30,051 nt of DNA from Candidatus Heimdallarchaeota archaeon (GCA_030668875.1 DAOVER010000036.1:1-30051), one strand, 5' to 3'. Shown: positions 18,512 to 28,349, counted from the stretch's first letter. Notes: generated from the letters alone by a model not told the origin. A program made the numbers and translations.

Positions 18512-20230
18512 ATGACAATCGGATATCTTTCTTTTGTTTTACATGGTCATCTTCCTTATGTTCTAGGTCACAGCTATTGGCCACATGGTGAAGTGATGAT
18601 TTATGAAGCAGCTACAGAAACATACTGCCCTACATTATCTATGTTAACCGATTTTGTTGAAAAAAAAGGTTATTCCAACATGTTAACTTTAGGGTTAACT
18701 CCTGTTTTAACTGAACAATTGTCAGATGATCGATTCAAATCAGGTTTTTTGAATTATCTTAATGAAAGAATCGACGTTAGTAACAAAGATACAGATGAAT
18801 TTCAAGCATCAGGCAATGATGAATTTGCTAAATTGTCCAAAAGATGGTCTCAACAATATAGTTCTATTAAAGAACAATTCACGGAACGATTCAGTCAGGA
18901 TCTGGTTGGAGGATACAAGTCTCTACAAGACAAAAAAGCAATTGAAATAATTACAAGTGGAATTTCCCATGGATATCTTCCACTACTAGGAAAAGAAGAG
19001 ACAGTTTATGCACAAATAAGAGCTGGACAAGAGATTTACAAGAAACGATATGGAAGGCAACCATCAAAAGGTATCTGGATACCAGAAATGGCTTATCGTC
19101 CAGGTTACAACTGGAAAAATCCAATAACAGGAGAAGAGTTTGAAAGGAGAGGAATCGAACATTACTTGAGTTTGAACGATGTCAAATACTCAATTCTCAA
19201 TACTCCTTTGCTTAATGAAGGAAAAAGTATTGGAGAGAAAATTGAAGATATTGAGGTTATTCAGCAATTGTGGAAAAGGTCTGAAACTCGAGAAATAATT
19301 GAACAAGACGAAACTCTTTCTTATTATCAACCATATTTTCTAGCTAAGTCAAAAAAATCTTCTAGTGAGACAGCAATATTTATTCGAGATGATAAAACAG
19401 GAGCAATCGTTTGGTCAGGAGATATTGGTTTTCCAGGTGATGAATATTATTTAGAGTTCCATAAGAAACACTTTCCATCAGGAAATAGATATTGGAGAGT
19501 AACAGGAACAAAAGTTGATTTGGGTGAGAAAAAGGTCTATATTCCAGAAAAAGTTGTAGAAAGACTTGATGAGAACTCCTCCTATTTTGCTGGAATTGTC
19601 AAGGAAACATTAGTTCAGTTCCATGAGGAAAACTCTTACGCTGGAATAATTGTGAGCCCCTACGATTTTGAGTTGTTTGGTCATTGGTGGTCTGAGGGAG
19701 TAGGATTCTTAGACAGAATTATCCAAACATTTCAAGAAGATGAAGAAATCTCGACGATCACAACTGGGGATTATCTATCGAAATTTCCTTCTTCAAATAA
19801 AACAATTATCTCTTTACCAGAGGGTTCTTGGGGTAAAAACAACTTTCACTGGAATTGGATAAATCCAGATACTTTATGGTGTTGGAAAAAAATCTATGAA
19901 TGCGAAAACATCTATCTTCAAACAATCAAGCTATATCGCAAAAATAATGGAAAAGATGAAATCCTAAAAAGAATATTAAATCAGATGGGAAGAGAACTTT
20001 TTCTTTTATCAGCTTCAGATTGGGAATTCTTGATTTCAACATATTCTGCTAAAGATTATGCAGAAGATAGGATAAACACTCATTATGACAATTTCAAAGA
20101 GCTCCACAGTATGTATAATCTTAGGAAAACCTCAGAAACAATTAGAATTGGGCTTTTAGAAAAACTAGAAAGAATAGACAATATTGCAGCAACTGAAGAT
20201 GTTTATGAGTGGTTTGAAATCCCACCATAA
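18512..20230 (+). CDS. GH57 1,4-alpha-glucan branching enzyme (DUF1957 type)
   Basis: LHGHLPYV, SHGYLPLL, GIWIPEMAYRPG (nucleophile Glu), PYDFELFGHWW (acid/base Asp), EGSWG, ASDWEF. Confidence 0.92.
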   Translation: MTIGYLSFVLHGHLPYVLGHSYWPHGEVMIYEAATETYCPTLSMLTDFVEKKGYSNMLTLGLTPVLTEQLSDDRFKSGFLNYLNERIDVSNKDTDEFQASGNDEFAKLSKRWSQQYSSIKEQFTERFSQDLVGGYKSLQDKKAIEIITSGISHGYLPLLGKEETVYAQIRAGQEIYKKRYGRQPSKGIWIPEMAYRPGYNWKNPITGEEFERRGIEHYLSLNDVKYSILNTPLLNEGKSIGEKIEDIEVIQQLWKRSETREIIEQDETLSYYQPYFLAKSKKSSSETAIFIRDDKTGAIVWSGDIGFPGDEYYLEFHKKHFPSGNRYWRVTGTKVDLGEKKVYIPEKVVERLDENSSYFAGIVKETLVQFHEENSYAGIIVSPYDFELFGHWWSEGVGFLDRIIQTFQEDEEISTITTGDYLSKFPSSNKTIISLPEGSWGKNNFHWNWINPDTLWCWKKIYECENIYLQTIKLYRKNNGKDEILKRILNQMGRELFLLSASDWEFLISTYSAKDYAEDRINTHYDNFKELHSMYNLRKTSETIRIGLLEKLERIDNIAATEDVYEWFEIPP

Positions 20231-20235
20231 AACTA

Positions 20236-21690
20236 CTATCTCTTTGCTAAAGCTTTTTCGTAAACCTTCTGCCACTTTTTAGCTACTTTCTTCCAAGAGA
20301 AATCTAATTCCATGATTCTCTTAGTAAGTTTTTTCCAAGTATTAGGCTCTTCATAGTATAGCTCTACAGCTCTTTTTACTGCTTTAAGGAAGTCTTTTTG
20401 AGTGCTTTTCTCAAAAACAAACCCATATCCTTCTTTTGTTTTAGGGTCGAAATCTTGGACTGTATCTGAAAGACCTCCAGTCTTACGAACTACAGGAACT
20501 GTTCCATAAATCATTGAATAAATCTGATTAAGACCGCAAGGTTCGTATTCTGAAGGCATAAGAAACATATCTGAAGCAGCTTCAATTTGATGTGCAAGAA
20601 CATTGTCAAACATAATATTGATGGAGGAATCATCTGGATATTGTTTCTCTTTCTTTTTGAATTGTGTCTCTAGAGTTTTATCACCAGTGCCTAGCAAGAT
20701 AATTTGAACATTAAGTTTCATTAATTCATCAAACTTTCTGAGAATTAAGTAGAGTCCTTTCTGAGTAGCTAGACGAGTGATTATCCCTAGGATGGGTTTA
20801 TCGTTTATTTCCAGATTTAGTTTTCCTTGTAAGTAACTTTTACATTCCGCTTTTCCTTTAAGATTTCTTGAATCATAATTCTTGACAAGAAGAGAATCAG
20901 TTTTAGGACTCCATATTGTTAAATCCACTCCATGAACAATACCATAAAGATCATCTTTACGAGTTTTTATGATTTTTTCTAGTCCAAAACCGAATTTTTT
21001 GGTTTGGATTTCTTCAGCATATTTTGAACTCACTGTAGAAACAATTGTGGAATAAACAATACCAGCTTTCATGAAATTTAATTTATTGTTGAAGCCTAGT
21101 AAATCTTCATTAAAATATAAGTCTGGAATATTAGCATCTTTAACTGATTCAAAAGGATAAGTCCCTTGATACCCTATGTTGTGGATAGTATAGATGGTTT
21201 TTGTTCTTTTGAATAGGTCCTTATCTGAATATTCTGTTCTTAAGTAGAAAGGTAGCAAACCTGTATGCCAATCATTCGCATGAATTATGTCTGGTGAGAA
21301 TTCGAGATTCTCTAGAATTTTAAAAACAGCTTTTGTGAATGTAATAAACCTCATTGGGCTGTCTTTGTAATCAATACCATCAGTATCAACATATACTCCT
21401 TCACGATAGAGATAGTGATTTTTAACAAAATAAACAGGAACTTTTGATTTTGGTATGTGTGAAAGATATAGATCAAATACTTCTTCCTTTTCTCCTACTT
21501 TTGCTAGATTATTTTCTGAAACTAATTTAATTTCATTTTTTTCTGTGTCAATACTCTTATACAAAGGAGTAATAACAATAACATCATGACCTAAATCACT
21601 CAATGCCTTTGGAATAGCGGATGAGACATCAGCTAACCCGCCGGTTTTAGAAAAAGGCACAATTTCTGCAGCTATGAATGCTACTTTCAT
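20236..21690 (-). CDS. glgA: Glycogen synthase, GT5
   Basis: PFSKTGGLADV, IHANDWHTG, TIHNIGYQG, TRLATQKG, MPSEYEPCGLNQ, VRKTGGLSDTV. Confidence 0.95.
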   Translation of the reverse strand: MKVAFIAAEIVPFSKTGGLADVSSAIPKALSDLGHDVIVITPLYKSIDTEKNEIKLVSENNLAKVGEKEEVFDLYLSHIPKSKVPVYFVKNHYLYREGVYVDTDGIDYKDSPMRFITFTKAVFKILENLEFSPDIIHANDWHTGLLPFYLRTEYSDKDLFKRTKTIYTIHNIGYQGTYPFESVKDANIPDLYFNEDLLGFNNKLNFMKAGIVYSTIVSTVSSKYAEEIQTKKFGFGLEKIIKTRKDDLYGIVHGVDLTIWSPKTDSLLVKNYDSRNLKGKAECKSYLQGKLNLEINDKPILGIITRLATQKGLYLILRKFDELMKLNVQIILLGTGDKTLETQFKKKEKQYPDDSSINIMFDNVLAHQIEAASDMFLMPSEYEPCGLNQIYSMIYGTVPVVRKTGGLSDTVQDFDPKTKEGYGFVFEKSTQKDFLKAVKRAVELYYEEPNTWKKLTKRIMELDFSWKKVAKKWQKVYEKALAKR

Positions 21691-21691
21691 T

Positions 21692-22849
21692 TTATTTTCC
21701 TACTTTTGATAGTATTTGTTCTATTTTATGAATTATATTCTCTGATTCTTTTAAAATCATTTGTTTAAAGTCCTCTTCTAACTCATTTGCCATTCTATCC
21801 AAGACAAGACGTTGAAAGTTTAATCCTACAAGAATCAACTCTTCACTCCAAAATCCAAGTTCTGCTGTTAAACCTGAAGCCCACCAAAATTGACAAGAAT
21901 AATGTGCAGCTTGGTATTCGTCCATCCAAACTCCATTCTCTATCTCTTCTTTGGCTTTTTCAAGCAATTTCATGTGTTCAAGTTGTAGTTGATGAACTGA
22001 ATTATCCGGGTGGTTCCACAGAGGTAAATGGATTCGTTTCTGATAATCTTCATCAGAAGTAGACCATGAAGTGAAATATAGAAAATCTACAGGAGTTGAT
22101 ATATTATAATTAATTTGAAACTCTGATAAAGTAATTGTTGAAACTTTTTGTGCTATCTCAAAGAAGAATTGATAATAGTTTGAATAGTGTTCTCCATAGG
22201 TTTCTAAATCCATTGCTAACACCACAGGAAGTTTATCCAATTTATGATTCTGAGATATTTCTTTCTCTAGTTTTACAGCATCTCTCTTATAATAATCAAA
22301 AGAGATTTTGTTACTAATAGTCTTATTTCGTTTTAAAATGAAAATTTCTCTTTCATCATCTAATTGGTATATACCACCATATGTTAAGTTCAACGAATTA
22401 GCAGCACTTACTATGATCCTGAACCCTTCATCAACGATTAAAGGGATATTTTCAGGATTCAAAGCAAATTCTGGTGGGAAAAAAGCTATGGGGGTTGTTC
22501 CGAAGATACCTGTAATGGCAACATTTTGCTTTTGAATCTGATATGTTTGGTCTTCCGGTCTAGTTAAAGGAAGAATTGGATGATAAAAGGCTGAACCCAT
22601 CAATTCTATTTGATTGTTATCTTTTGCTCTTTCAATCAATTTAACAAGTTCCGGATACTCCATAGTTAATTTCTCTAACAAGCATCCTGCAATGTTCAAA
22701 GAAATTTTAACTGAAGGGTTTTCTAGAAGTTTTTCAAAAAATGGTTTATAGCAATTTTCGATTATTCTTTCAAGAACCTCTTTGGTTTGAGTGATAGGTT
22801 GATAAGCATGGAGTATGAATATGACGGGTGATTTTTCAGTTTCTGTCAT
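21692..22849 (-). CDS. GH57 family glycoside hydrolase (alpha-amylase-like)
   Basis: HAYQP, ELMGSAFYHPILPL, FFPPEFA (nucleophile), LAMDLETYGEH (acid/base), SCQFWWAS. Confidence 0.85.
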   Translation of the reverse strand: MTETEKSPVIFILHAYQPITQTKEVLERIIENCYKPFFEKLLENPSVKISLNIAGCLLEKLTMEYPELVKLIERAKDNNQIELMGSAFYHPILPLTRPEDQTYQIQKQNVAITGIFGTTPIAFFPPEFALNPENIPLIVDEGFRIIVSAANSLNLTYGGIYQLDDEREIFILKRNKTISNKISFDYYKRDAVKLEKEISQNHKLDKLPVVLAMDLETYGEHYSNYYQFFFEIAQKVSTITLSEFQINYNISTPVDFLYFTSWSTSDEDYQKRIHLPLWNHPDNSVHQLQLEHMKLLEKAKEEIENGVWMDEYQAAHYSCQFWWASGLTAELGFWSEELILVGLNFQRLVLDRMANELEEDFKQMILKESENIIHKIEQILSKVGK

Positions 22850-22860
22850 TCAATGTATCC

Positions 22861-24081
22861 TCATTTTTTGGACATTAAACCTTTGTCTATTAAGCTTTGT
22901 CGCATAAATTGTGCAGTTGCTTCAGGAAACATTGTTGCTATACGATAAGTTTCCATTTTTTCTGCTCCTCCAATTCTTTGTATGGAAATAATGTCAATCA
23001 GCATATGCATACCTGAATCATATCCTTCATTTTCTTGTCTAATCAAGATATTTCTATCTTGAAGTAGATGCATGTTTGGAGGGGAATTCTTTATGAACTC
23101 ATCTAAGGCAATATTAGCTTTTACAAGTGCATCAGCTAAAGAATTAAGTTGATTATCATCTAATTCTGTAAATCTTGATGTATGCTTCTTAGGAATCAGT
23201 CTTATCTGTCCATCTCTTTCGGGGGAAAATGCTGTAAAAACAAACCATTCTTTGTTTTCATAAACAATTCTTTCCTCGATTAAAAGATTTTGACCAATGG
23301 GGTCTTTAGCTATTTTTCTATATTTAGCAATAGCACATGCAAGGCAGTATTTTTCATTTTTCATTACTTTCTTATGGAATTCAGGAACACTAAGAAAACC
23401 CAAAGATGTCCATCCATGACCTATATTGTTCGCATAGATGTAAGTTTGTGAATGTAAATGGCAAATACTAGCTCCAGCTTCTTCACCAATGTTGAAGAAA
23501 TGCAATGTGGTAAATTGGTCTTTGCTATATCTTTCTTTTAGTGCCTCAATTGAGCGTTTATGTGCTAATTGAGTTGTTCTTAAAAGCGAATATACTTCGT
23601 CAATTGGAGCTTCTGAAAGTGTGTCATAGTGTTTAGTCAAAAGATGTACTAAACCAATCCCAACGCTTCTATCTTGCAAAGCTTCCATGCTAGTTTTTTG
23701 TGTATGTTCAAACAATACTCGAGCCATAGGAGTGAACAAATTAACAATCGAAATAGCTGTATTATCTTGAAGATTCATCTTTGCAGGAGATGTACTGAAA
23801 GGATGTTCTCCTTCTTCATCTTGTTTAGTGATAACTAGTGCAGGTAGCTCCCCTTTGATAATCTTGCAGAAAGAATCAGTTGGGGGCGAAGATACCTTTT
23901 CATCTTCATCATCACTTTGTTGATGCTCAAATGGTCTATTACCCCTCAAAGGAGAGAATTGTGTAATATGACCTACTTTTGTTCCAAATTCATTGACTAT
24001 CGTTCGAAAAGGATCAAACCTTTCTAACGGCATGTTTTTTTTATCTTTATATATACCCCAGTAACCTTCAGGAATATTCAA
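22861..24081 (-). CDS. GalT-like HIT-superfamily nucleotidyltransferase (hexose-1-P uridylyltransferase / ADP-glucose phosphorylase-like)
   Basis: NIGEEAGASICHLHSQ (HxHxQ, GalT branch), CLAC, EERIVYENKEW, QIRLIPKKH, RGNRP. Confidence 0.8.
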   Translation of the reverse strand: MNIPEGYWGIYKDKKNMPLERFDPFRTIVNEFGTKVGHITQFSPLRGNRPFEHQQSDDEDEKVSSPPTDSFCKIIKGELPALVITKQDEEGEHPFSTSPAKMNLQDNTAISIVNLFTPMARVLFEHTQKTSMEALQDRSVGIGLVHLLTKHYDTLSEAPIDEVYSLLRTTQLAHKRSIEALKERYSKDQFTTLHFFNIGEEAGASICHLHSQTYIYANNIGHGWTSLGFLSVPEFHKKVMKNEKYCLACAIAKYRKIAKDPIGQNLLIEERIVYENKEWFVFTAFSPERDGQIRLIPKKHTSRFTELDDNQLNSLADALVKANIALDEFIKNSPPNMHLLQDRNILIRQENEGYDSGMHMLIDIISIQRIGGAEKMETYRIATMFPEATAQFMRQSLIDKGLMSKK

Positions 24082-24232
24082 CCTATATCACCACTACAAC
24101 TTTTTGCTAATAGTAGTGTTCTTTAAATTAACGGTAGTGTTGTATTTCCAAATTAGTGGAAGATGAAATTACATATATTCAAAAAACAACATTTAAGAAC
24201 TAAAACGATAATATTCCACAGAGCATCATATT

Positions 24233-24877
24233 GTGAGCATGATGATGGAGAAAATACATAAATTGGAACCTTTTCTACTTAAAGATATGATGGAACTTAG
24301 TGAACAGTACATTGAAGCTGAGAAAGAAAATATCAATGATATAAACGTTTTTCCTATTCCAGATGGAGATACTGGTAGCAATATGTTCTATACAATACAA
24401 GCTATTGTAGAAGAAGTTAAGAATATGAGTGATGGGAATGAAAACGAAGGGATTTTTCAAGCTATAAGTAAAGGAAGTTTTGTAGGAGCGAAAGGAAATT
24501 CTGGAGTCATTTATTCACAATTCTTAATTGGAGTGGTAGAATACCTGGAAAGAGTACAGATTATTACACCATTAACGTTTGCAAAAGCCCTGGAAGAAGG
24601 AACAGAATTCGCATATGATGCAGTTCTAAACCCAACAGAAGGGACTATTTTAACTGTAATGAAGAGAACTTCAGATAAAGCATTCGAGATAACATTAAAG
24701 CAACAAGATATTGATTGGATCGAGTTCATCGATCTCCTAGTAGAAGAGAGTAAACAATGCTTAGAAGAAACAAAAGAAATGTTAGAAATTTTGAAAGAAG
24801 CTAACGTTGTTGATGCAGGAGCAAAAGGTTTTGTTCACATACTAGAATCTTGGAAAGATGTTATTAATAAACAATAG
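24233..24877 (+). CDS. Stand-alone DAK2 domain protein of the FakA/YloV type
   Basis: INDINVFPIPDGDTGSNM, GAKGNSGVIYSQF, PTEGTILTV, VVDAGAKGF. The ORF stops right after the domain at 214 aa. Confidence 0.88.
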   Translation: MSMMMEKIHKLEPFLLKDMMELSEQYIEAEKENINDINVFPIPDGDTGSNMFYTIQAIVEEVKNMSDGNENEGIFQAISKGSFVGAKGNSGVIYSQFLIGVVEYLERVQIITPLTFAKALEEGTEFAYDAVLNPTEGTILTVMKRTSDKAFEITLKQQDIDWIEFIDLLVEESKQCLEETKEMLEILKEANVVDAGAKGFVHILESWKDVINKQ

Positions 24878-24900
24878 AATATTTCGACAGAGGTTAACTC

Positions 24901-25410
24901 TTGTTAATAGTTATGACTGGACCAACTAAGATTGGTAAATCGACACTTTTAGAAAATATCTATCTTGCTTTGAAGGATGAATATTCTTTTGGAGGAGTAA
25001 TAACTTTAGGGCAAGAAAAAAGAAAGTTTTTGAATCTAAAGAATGGTGAAGAGAGAAACTTCAAAGAAGAGAATGATCAAAACGGAATAACTATTGGAGA
25101 TTTCATCATTTCAGATAAATCAATTGAGTTCGCATCCAAAGCAATCAGAGCATCTAAAGATTCTGATATAATTTTTATAGATGAAATAGGGATTTTGGAA
25201 AATGAGAAAAGATGTCTATACGAGCCAGTAAAAGCTCTTCTAGAAGAAATAAATTTCAAAGAAAAATTCATTCTATTATGCATAAGGGAGCGCGTCCTCC
25301 CACAATTACTCGCGCTATTTAAACTAAAATTAGATGACCTATGGAGGATAAGTAGTAATCCTGATGAAGAAATTTTGGATCAATTAGTACGATTCATAAA
25401 AAATTCCTGA
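24901..25410 (+). CDS. Nucleoside triphosphatase, THEP1/NTPase_1-like P-loop
   Basis: Walker A TGPTKIGKST, GGVIT, Walker B IIFIDEIG. Confidence 0.8.
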   Translation: MLIVMTGPTKIGKSTLLENIYLALKDEYSFGGVITLGQEKRKFLNLKNGEERNFKEENDQNGITIGDFIISDKSIEFASKAIRASKDSDIIFIDEIGILENEKRCLYEPVKALLEEINFKEKFILLCIRERVLPQLLALFKLKLDDLWRISSNPDEEILDQLVRFIKNS

Positions 25411-25425
25411 TAAGGAGGGAGGGAA

Positions 25426-25534
25426 GGCTGTGAATTATATAACATTAACTCACAGCCAATGTTATATGGCGATCAAGTTATTTAAAACCAACGTTTTTAA
25501 ATGCTCTTGATGCTACTCGCTGATTTGAGGCTGT
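25426..25534. other. Interleaved inverted repeats, candidate structured RNA or operator region
   Basis: GGCTGTGA (25426-33) / TCACAGCC (25450-57); ATATAACATT (25437-46) / AATGTTATAT (25458-67); second hairpin 25469-25520; extra GGCTGT at 25529-34. Confidence 0.45.
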
Positions 25535-25667
25535 AAAGTTCTGTTTCATTTTCTTATTACAAACTGTTTTTTCTTTCGACATTAATATGACTAAACAAAC
25601 TAGTGGCCGATAAATTAATTTATTCATTTAAGAAAAATTAAAATATCACTGGCTTAAGAAATTTGAC

Positions 25668-26951
25668 ATGAGAAGAATATTTTTTGCTTTTGTGTTTATT
25701 ACAATACTATTACCTTTAATTATAGGAAATGACGTAATTGCTTCAGATGAAACAAATTTGCCTGTTGTTGAACAGACAATTCAGGAACTACAAACTGGTG
25801 CAATTGCTCCTGATTTCACTATAAGAGATGTTGACACTAATATTTCATACACTCTAAGTACCTTATTATCTAAAGGTAAAACTGTTTTTATCGACAACTG
25901 GGCTACTTGGTGTGGTCCTTGTAAAGCTTCCTTACCATTCCTTCAGGATATCTATTCAATTTACCCTCAAGATGTGGTAACTATGATTTCAATAGATGAA
26001 AGCCCAAGTGATACATTAGAAATAGTTCAGCAAACTAGAAAGAGTGATGATATGGATTGGGTAGTCTCCTTCAATGCAAGTGATACTATCCAAGATGATT
26101 ACATGGTCTCTGGAATTCCAACATTTTATGCTGTTGATCCTGATGGTACAATCTCTTGGAGCAAAGCAGGTTATTTAGATGAATGGAAACCACAGATGCT
26201 TGAAGATTTAAAAGCTGTTCTTCCTGCAGATACCGTTGATCCAGTTATTGAAGAGGCTTCTGTAACATCTGGCACAGAATTTTCTATTTTTTATCCAGAA
26301 GTAACAATATATGCAAATATCACAGATAATTGGAAAGCAACTGATGCTACACTTATTTTAGACAATGGTGATGATGTTATTCAATACGATTTAAGCTTGC
26401 GAGTGAAAGATGGTTATGATTTGATAAACCAGAATGTAAGTCTAGATCCAATGATGTTGTACGGCCACAATGCTGTAGACCTCAAAATACAAGTTAAAGA
26501 TTATTATGAGAATTCTGCGATAGAGACATTCATGCTTAATCTAACTAGTTATGTGGACACAGGTGCACCAGTTATCAACGCTTATTCTTATAATGTTACA
26601 ATTGTAGATGAAAATAAATTCAATGTAGAAGTTTACCTAGATGTAACTGAAGATTTGTTAATCGTTGAAGCCAATATGTATCTTCACAAAGGAACAACTC
26701 TAGTGAAAACAGCTGTTTTCTCTGAATATAATATTACTCACATGAAAGCAATTGTTTATAGCATGTTTTATGTAGATGGCCAACCTTCTGAGTACACGAT
26801 TAAGGTCGAAGTTATCGATGCTGCAGGTAACATAGTAGAACTAGAACTAATTATCGAAGATAATCCAGAAAACACTTCTTTTGGAACACTTGGTATTATT
26901 ATAAGTGCTATTATTGTAATTGGTTTAACCTTTAGAAAAAGAAAGAGATAA
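25668..26951 (+). CDS. Cell-surface TlpA-family disulfide oxidoreductase with beta-sandwich-like domains and a CTERM-like anchor
   Basis: Signal peptide, APDFTI, DNWATWCGPC, GIPTFYAVD, two beta-rich repeats (DTVDPVI.../DTGAPVI...), C-terminus TSFGTLGIIISAIIVIGLTFRKRKR. Confidence 0.85.
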   Translation: MRRIFFAFVFITILLPLIIGNDVIASDETNLPVVEQTIQELQTGAIAPDFTIRDVDTNISYTLSTLLSKGKTVFIDNWATWCGPCKASLPFLQDIYSIYPQDVVTMISIDESPSDTLEIVQQTRKSDDMDWVVSFNASDTIQDDYMVSGIPTFYAVDPDGTISWSKAGYLDEWKPQMLEDLKAVLPADTVDPVIEEASVTSGTEFSIFYPEVTIYANITDNWKATDATLILDNGDDVIQYDLSLRVKDGYDLINQNVSLDPMMLYGHNAVDLKIQVKDYYENSAIETFMLNLTSYVDTGAPVINAYSYNVTIVDENKFNVEVYLDVTEDLLIVEANMYLHKGTTLVKTAVFSEYNITHMKAIVYSMFYVDGQPSEYTIKVEVIDAAGNIVELELIIEDNPENTSFGTLGIIISAIIVIGLTFRKRKR

Positions 26952-27001
26952 TCATCTCTTCTTCTTCTTCTTCTTTGCTTTCTTCAATTCTGTTTTTTCT
27001 T
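26952..27001 (+). terminator. Pyrimidine tract with (CTT)6 at 26958-26975, putative terminator
   Basis: Directly after the stop codon: tcatctcttcttcttcttcttctttgctttcttcaattctgttttttct. Confidence 0.4.
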
Positions 27002-27005
27002 AATA

Positions 27006-27013
27006 TTTATAAA
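27006..27013 (+). promoter_or_regulatory. TATA-box candidate (TTTATAAA)
   Basis: Ends 23 nt before the GTG start at 27036, consistent with a leaderless archaeal transcript. Confidence 0.5.
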
Positions 27014-27035
27014 GTGGTATACAACTGCTGGAAAC

Positions 27036-28349
27036 GTGAAAAGGAATCAGGTTATTACTATCATTATCTCCATTCTAATCATTGGTGGAGGAGTAGGTGC
27101 CTACTTCATAATTCAATCTGCTGGTTCTAGAACAAGTATCGCTGCAGATTATACTCTGATTGATACAAATAATTCTGAGTTTAATATTACTTCATTCCAA
27201 CCAAAGAATCTAATTCTAGATTTTATGAGTGTAACATGCGTACCTTGTAAAGAAATGTATCCACGACTCGCGGATTTATTAATTGATGCCAATTTAACTG
27301 GAAAGATAGAAGTGATTTCTATTGAAACAAATAATTTCACAACTGAACTACAACTGGAAGAATATGCTATTGAACACAATATGACATGGAGTGTAGCAAT
27401 CATACCTGATGGGATGATGGAGGCATATGGTGTTAGCTCTCTTCCTTACATAATTGTTATCGATGGAGAGGGAAAAATCACCTACAGAAATGAAGGAGCT
27501 GTATCTTTTGAAACTCTGAAAGAAGAGTGTATCATAGCTATATCGGGAGAAGGAGAAGGAGTTCAAATTACAAGTTACCAAGGTTTCATTATAGGATTCG
27601 CAGTAATAGTTGCTATAACTTCTTTCTTTTCACCATGTTCATTCCCCTTACTTCCAGGATATGTTGCCCATCTTTTAGGAATAAATGTGAAAACTAAAGA
27701 AGATGAAAAAGAAGAAGAAGAAAAACCACAAGAAAGACATAAGAAGTACAGTAGATATTTACTCTACCCTCTAGTAGGATTAAGTGGAGGGTTAGGGATT
27801 CTCGTAAGTTATCTGATCTTTGGAGTGATTATAACAGCTGTAGGAAGCATCATTATCCCTTATGTATCATATGCGCTTCCAATAATAGGTGGGTTATTGC
27901 TTATCTTTGGAGCAATTATGTTTACCAATTTTGAAATTTCGTTCTCTAGACTATTAGGAGGATTACATAAACAACAAATGAAAGTTAGTGGAGACAGTGG
28001 AAACCGGAAAAATACTATGTTAGTAAGACTCTTACTTCTAGTAGGAACCTTTCTTTACGGACTAGGATATGGTATAGCTTCACTTGGTTGTAATGCTCCA
28101 ATATTTTTAGGATTTAGTCTACAAGTATCTGCTCTGGAAACTGTAACAGAAATGATTTTTGCTTATCTCGCTTTTGCACTAACAATTATTTTACTAATGA
28201 TAGGTGTTACTCTACTAATTATAGCTTCGAAAGATGTTATAGTTCAAAAAATGAAATCTGCAACAAAGATAATTAAAATAGCTAGTGGAGTGATAATGAT
28301 AATCGTAGGAATATATCTGATAATAGAATTTATCTTAGGAATTGTTTAA
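27036..28349 (+). CDS. TlpA-like thioredoxin fused to a CcdA/DsbD-type transmembrane electron transporter
   Basis: N-terminal TM anchor, LDFMSVTCVPC, SSLPYIIVID, then six TM helices with FFSPCSFPLLPGYV and LGCNAPIF (the two conserved CcdA cysteines). Confidence 0.88.
   Translation: MKRNQVITIIISILIIGGGVGAYFIIQSAGSRTSIAADYTLIDTNNSEFNITSFQPKNLILDFMSVTCVPCKEMYPRLADLLIDANLTGKIEVISIETNNFTTELQLEEYAIEHNMTWSVAIIPDGMMEAYGVSSLPYIIVIDGEGKITYRNEGAVSFETLKEECIIAISGEGEGVQITSYQGFIIGFAVIVAITSFFSPCSFPLLPGYVAHLLGINVKTKEDEKEEEEKPQERHKKYSRYLLYPLVGLSGGLGILVSYLIFGVIITAVGSIIIPYVSYALPIIGGLLLIFGAIMFTNFEISFSRLLGGLHKQQMKVSGDSGNRKNTMLVRLLLLVGTFLYGLGYGIASLGCNAPIFLGFSLQVSALETVTEMIFAYLAFALTIILLMIGVTLLIIASKDVIVQKMKSATKIIKIASGVIMIIVGIYLIIEFILGIV

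Noticed and set aside
25468-25525. GGCGAT...GCTGAT resemblance to a fluoride riboswitch
   Set aside because: It lacks the GGxGATGGxGTTCxCC first stem and the matching ATGACxCC pseudoknot strand, and no fluoride exporter gene follows.
26958-26975. (CTT)6 microsatellite as a phase-variation element
   Set aside because: It is intergenic, directly after a stop codon and within a longer pyrimidine tract, so it is better explained as a terminator.
1078-27581. The many other 60-140 aa ORFs in the track nested in or antisense to longer genes (e.g. 1078-1302, 6478-6732, 6861-7202, 15470-15892, 21787-22062, 27149-27403)
   Set aside because: Each overlaps a motif-supported CDS and shows no independent coding signal.
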